A stretch of DNA of 64,000 nt. It comes from Paraspadella gotoi. Its lineage: Eukaryota; Animalia; Chaetognatha. Of the stretch, positions 63,001 to 64,000 are shown piece after piece (positions within the stretch are counted from its first letter, which is position 1; each line of letters begins with the position of its first letter). The notes beneath the pieces are model-generated. The model saw only the letters and a program-made list of their open reading frames with translations, was not told where the DNA came from and did not search any database. A program made the position numbers and the translations under genes. The DNA is taken from assembly GCA_051294375.1 (NCBI GenBank), contig CM119263.1, positions 14,524,414 through 14,588,413 of the forward strand, written 5' to 3'.

Positions 63001-63553
63001 CAGTTGAAAAGTATAAAGAATGCAACCTGGGAAAAGTCAAAGGAAGAGCACTCGTAACAGCGCGTGAGCACACTGAAAACCATGAAACTATCGACGTAGT
63101 AGAAAGGGTAACAAATTTATTCGTTTTAACGTTAACGGTTAAGGTCGTCGAAACGAACGCGACCGAAACATATTTTGGAACGTGTTCAACTTGGGTCAAA
63201 TGAACTTCGGTACCGGAAGTCAGTCAGAATTCAACATGTTTAGATCCGTGCCTTCCGCTTACGCCGATCTCATATTCAGGTAGTAGAATTAATCATGATA
63301 AAATTTTTTATTAACGCCACGAGATTTTAACATCGATGATACTCCATGTACGTACCTCTATTCCCCAAGCGACTCAACGATGAAACTCCAAAAAACTCCG
63401 AAAGAGAAGCAGGACTATCGCGAGTTCCTTGGTCGTGATGAATACCTTCCTCGCATACAACAGATGGATCTCACGACCTGCGCCTCTTCCAAGCTCACGG
63501 TCATCCTCAACACATTTCTGCTCGGACTGTTCGCAGCTTTCTTGCTTCACTAA
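58362..63553 (+). CDS. Melanotransferrin / transferrin-2-like bilobal protein with signal peptide and C-terminal GPI signal (~778 aa)
   Basis: 17 phase-consistent exons: 58362-58422, 58520-58577, 58659-58735, 58811-58945, 59080-59209, 59554-59755, 60800-60928, 60995-61167, 61271-61458, 61549-61682, 61773-61914, 62128-62219, 62326-62449, 62539-62757, 62911-63063, 63144-63279, 63370-63553 (2337 nt). Motifs: IRWCT, YYSVAVV, LKGRRSCH, AGDVAFV, SCVPGA, GAFKCLVE, FELLCLDGTR, DLIFSDST. Hydrophobic tail ...ASSKLTVILNTFLLGLFAAFLLH*; AATAAA at ~63565. Confidence 0.92.
59770..60180. repeat. Purine-rich low-complexity tract, (GAAAA)n/(GAAGA)n
   Basis: Directly visible, in transferrin intron 6. Confidence 0.9.
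60319..60561 (+). mobile_element. Family B repeat copy in a transferrin intron
   Basis: tatggcaacagccgggtggcctgtgatgcccatt...gtgtgaatataccgccaca aligns with the reverse complement of 6345-6585. Confidence 0.75.
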
Positions 63554-64000
63554 GCTTACATCCCAATAAAAATTCGCAAATTGTAAAATACTGTAAATTT
63601 TGAATGTAAATATTTCATTCAATATTGCCTATAAATACGGATTTTTCAAAGATTGTTTATGACCATGACTTATAAGGTAAATATATATATATATAGTTTT
63701 GTTAATGAAATCCAATTTGGCTTATTTTTACATTCGCCGACCGGGATTTTGCGGTCGGTTATTATCGAGCCATGACCGGCGAAGCTGGTTTAGGCTCTAT
63801 AATGTTTTAGGATTGCTTCTTTGTGACGTAGTCGTCGTCGTCGTCGTCGTCACGCTGTTTTTATATAAAAACTACTACGCTTTTATAGGTTAGGCTATGA
63901 CTTACCGTTTTTTTTAAATAAAAATTATTATGAATTATTATAAAGTTTTACAAAAGTGTGCGATCATAGTAAGTTAAAAATTTAGATATAGCTTCTCATC

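Overview
This is AT-rich, intron-rich animal (invertebrate-like) genomic DNA; the taxon cannot be fixed from the sequence. All gene models were hand-spliced using GT-AG boundaries and reading-frame phase. Five genes are present: (1) the 5' part of an unidentified low-complexity protein gene (minus, 5.9-7.1 kb); (2) a ~948-aa gene with ~15 C2H2 zinc fingers (plus, 12.8-17.6 kb); (3) a type I inositol-1,4,5-trisphosphate 5-phosphatase (INPP5A-like, minus, 18.3-56.3 kb) with an extended and apparently alternatively spliced C-terminus; (4) an 11-exon aminergic class A GPCR nested antisense in the 23.7-kb intron of that phosphatase (plus, 34.9-45.1 kb); and (5) a GPI-anchored melanotransferrin/Tsf2-like gene lacking most iron ligands (plus, 58.4-63.6 kb). 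Non-coding DNA is rich in small mobile elements. The most striking is a ~590-bp miniature LTR retroelement (PBS plus PPT) whose LTR carries a 71-nt tRNA-like module. Also present are three remnants of Penelope-type minimal hammerhead ribozymes, DINE-1/Helentron-like elements, TA-flanked MITEs, a tRNA-derived SINE, satellites and microsatellites. One 10-N assembly gap lies at 44327-44336.
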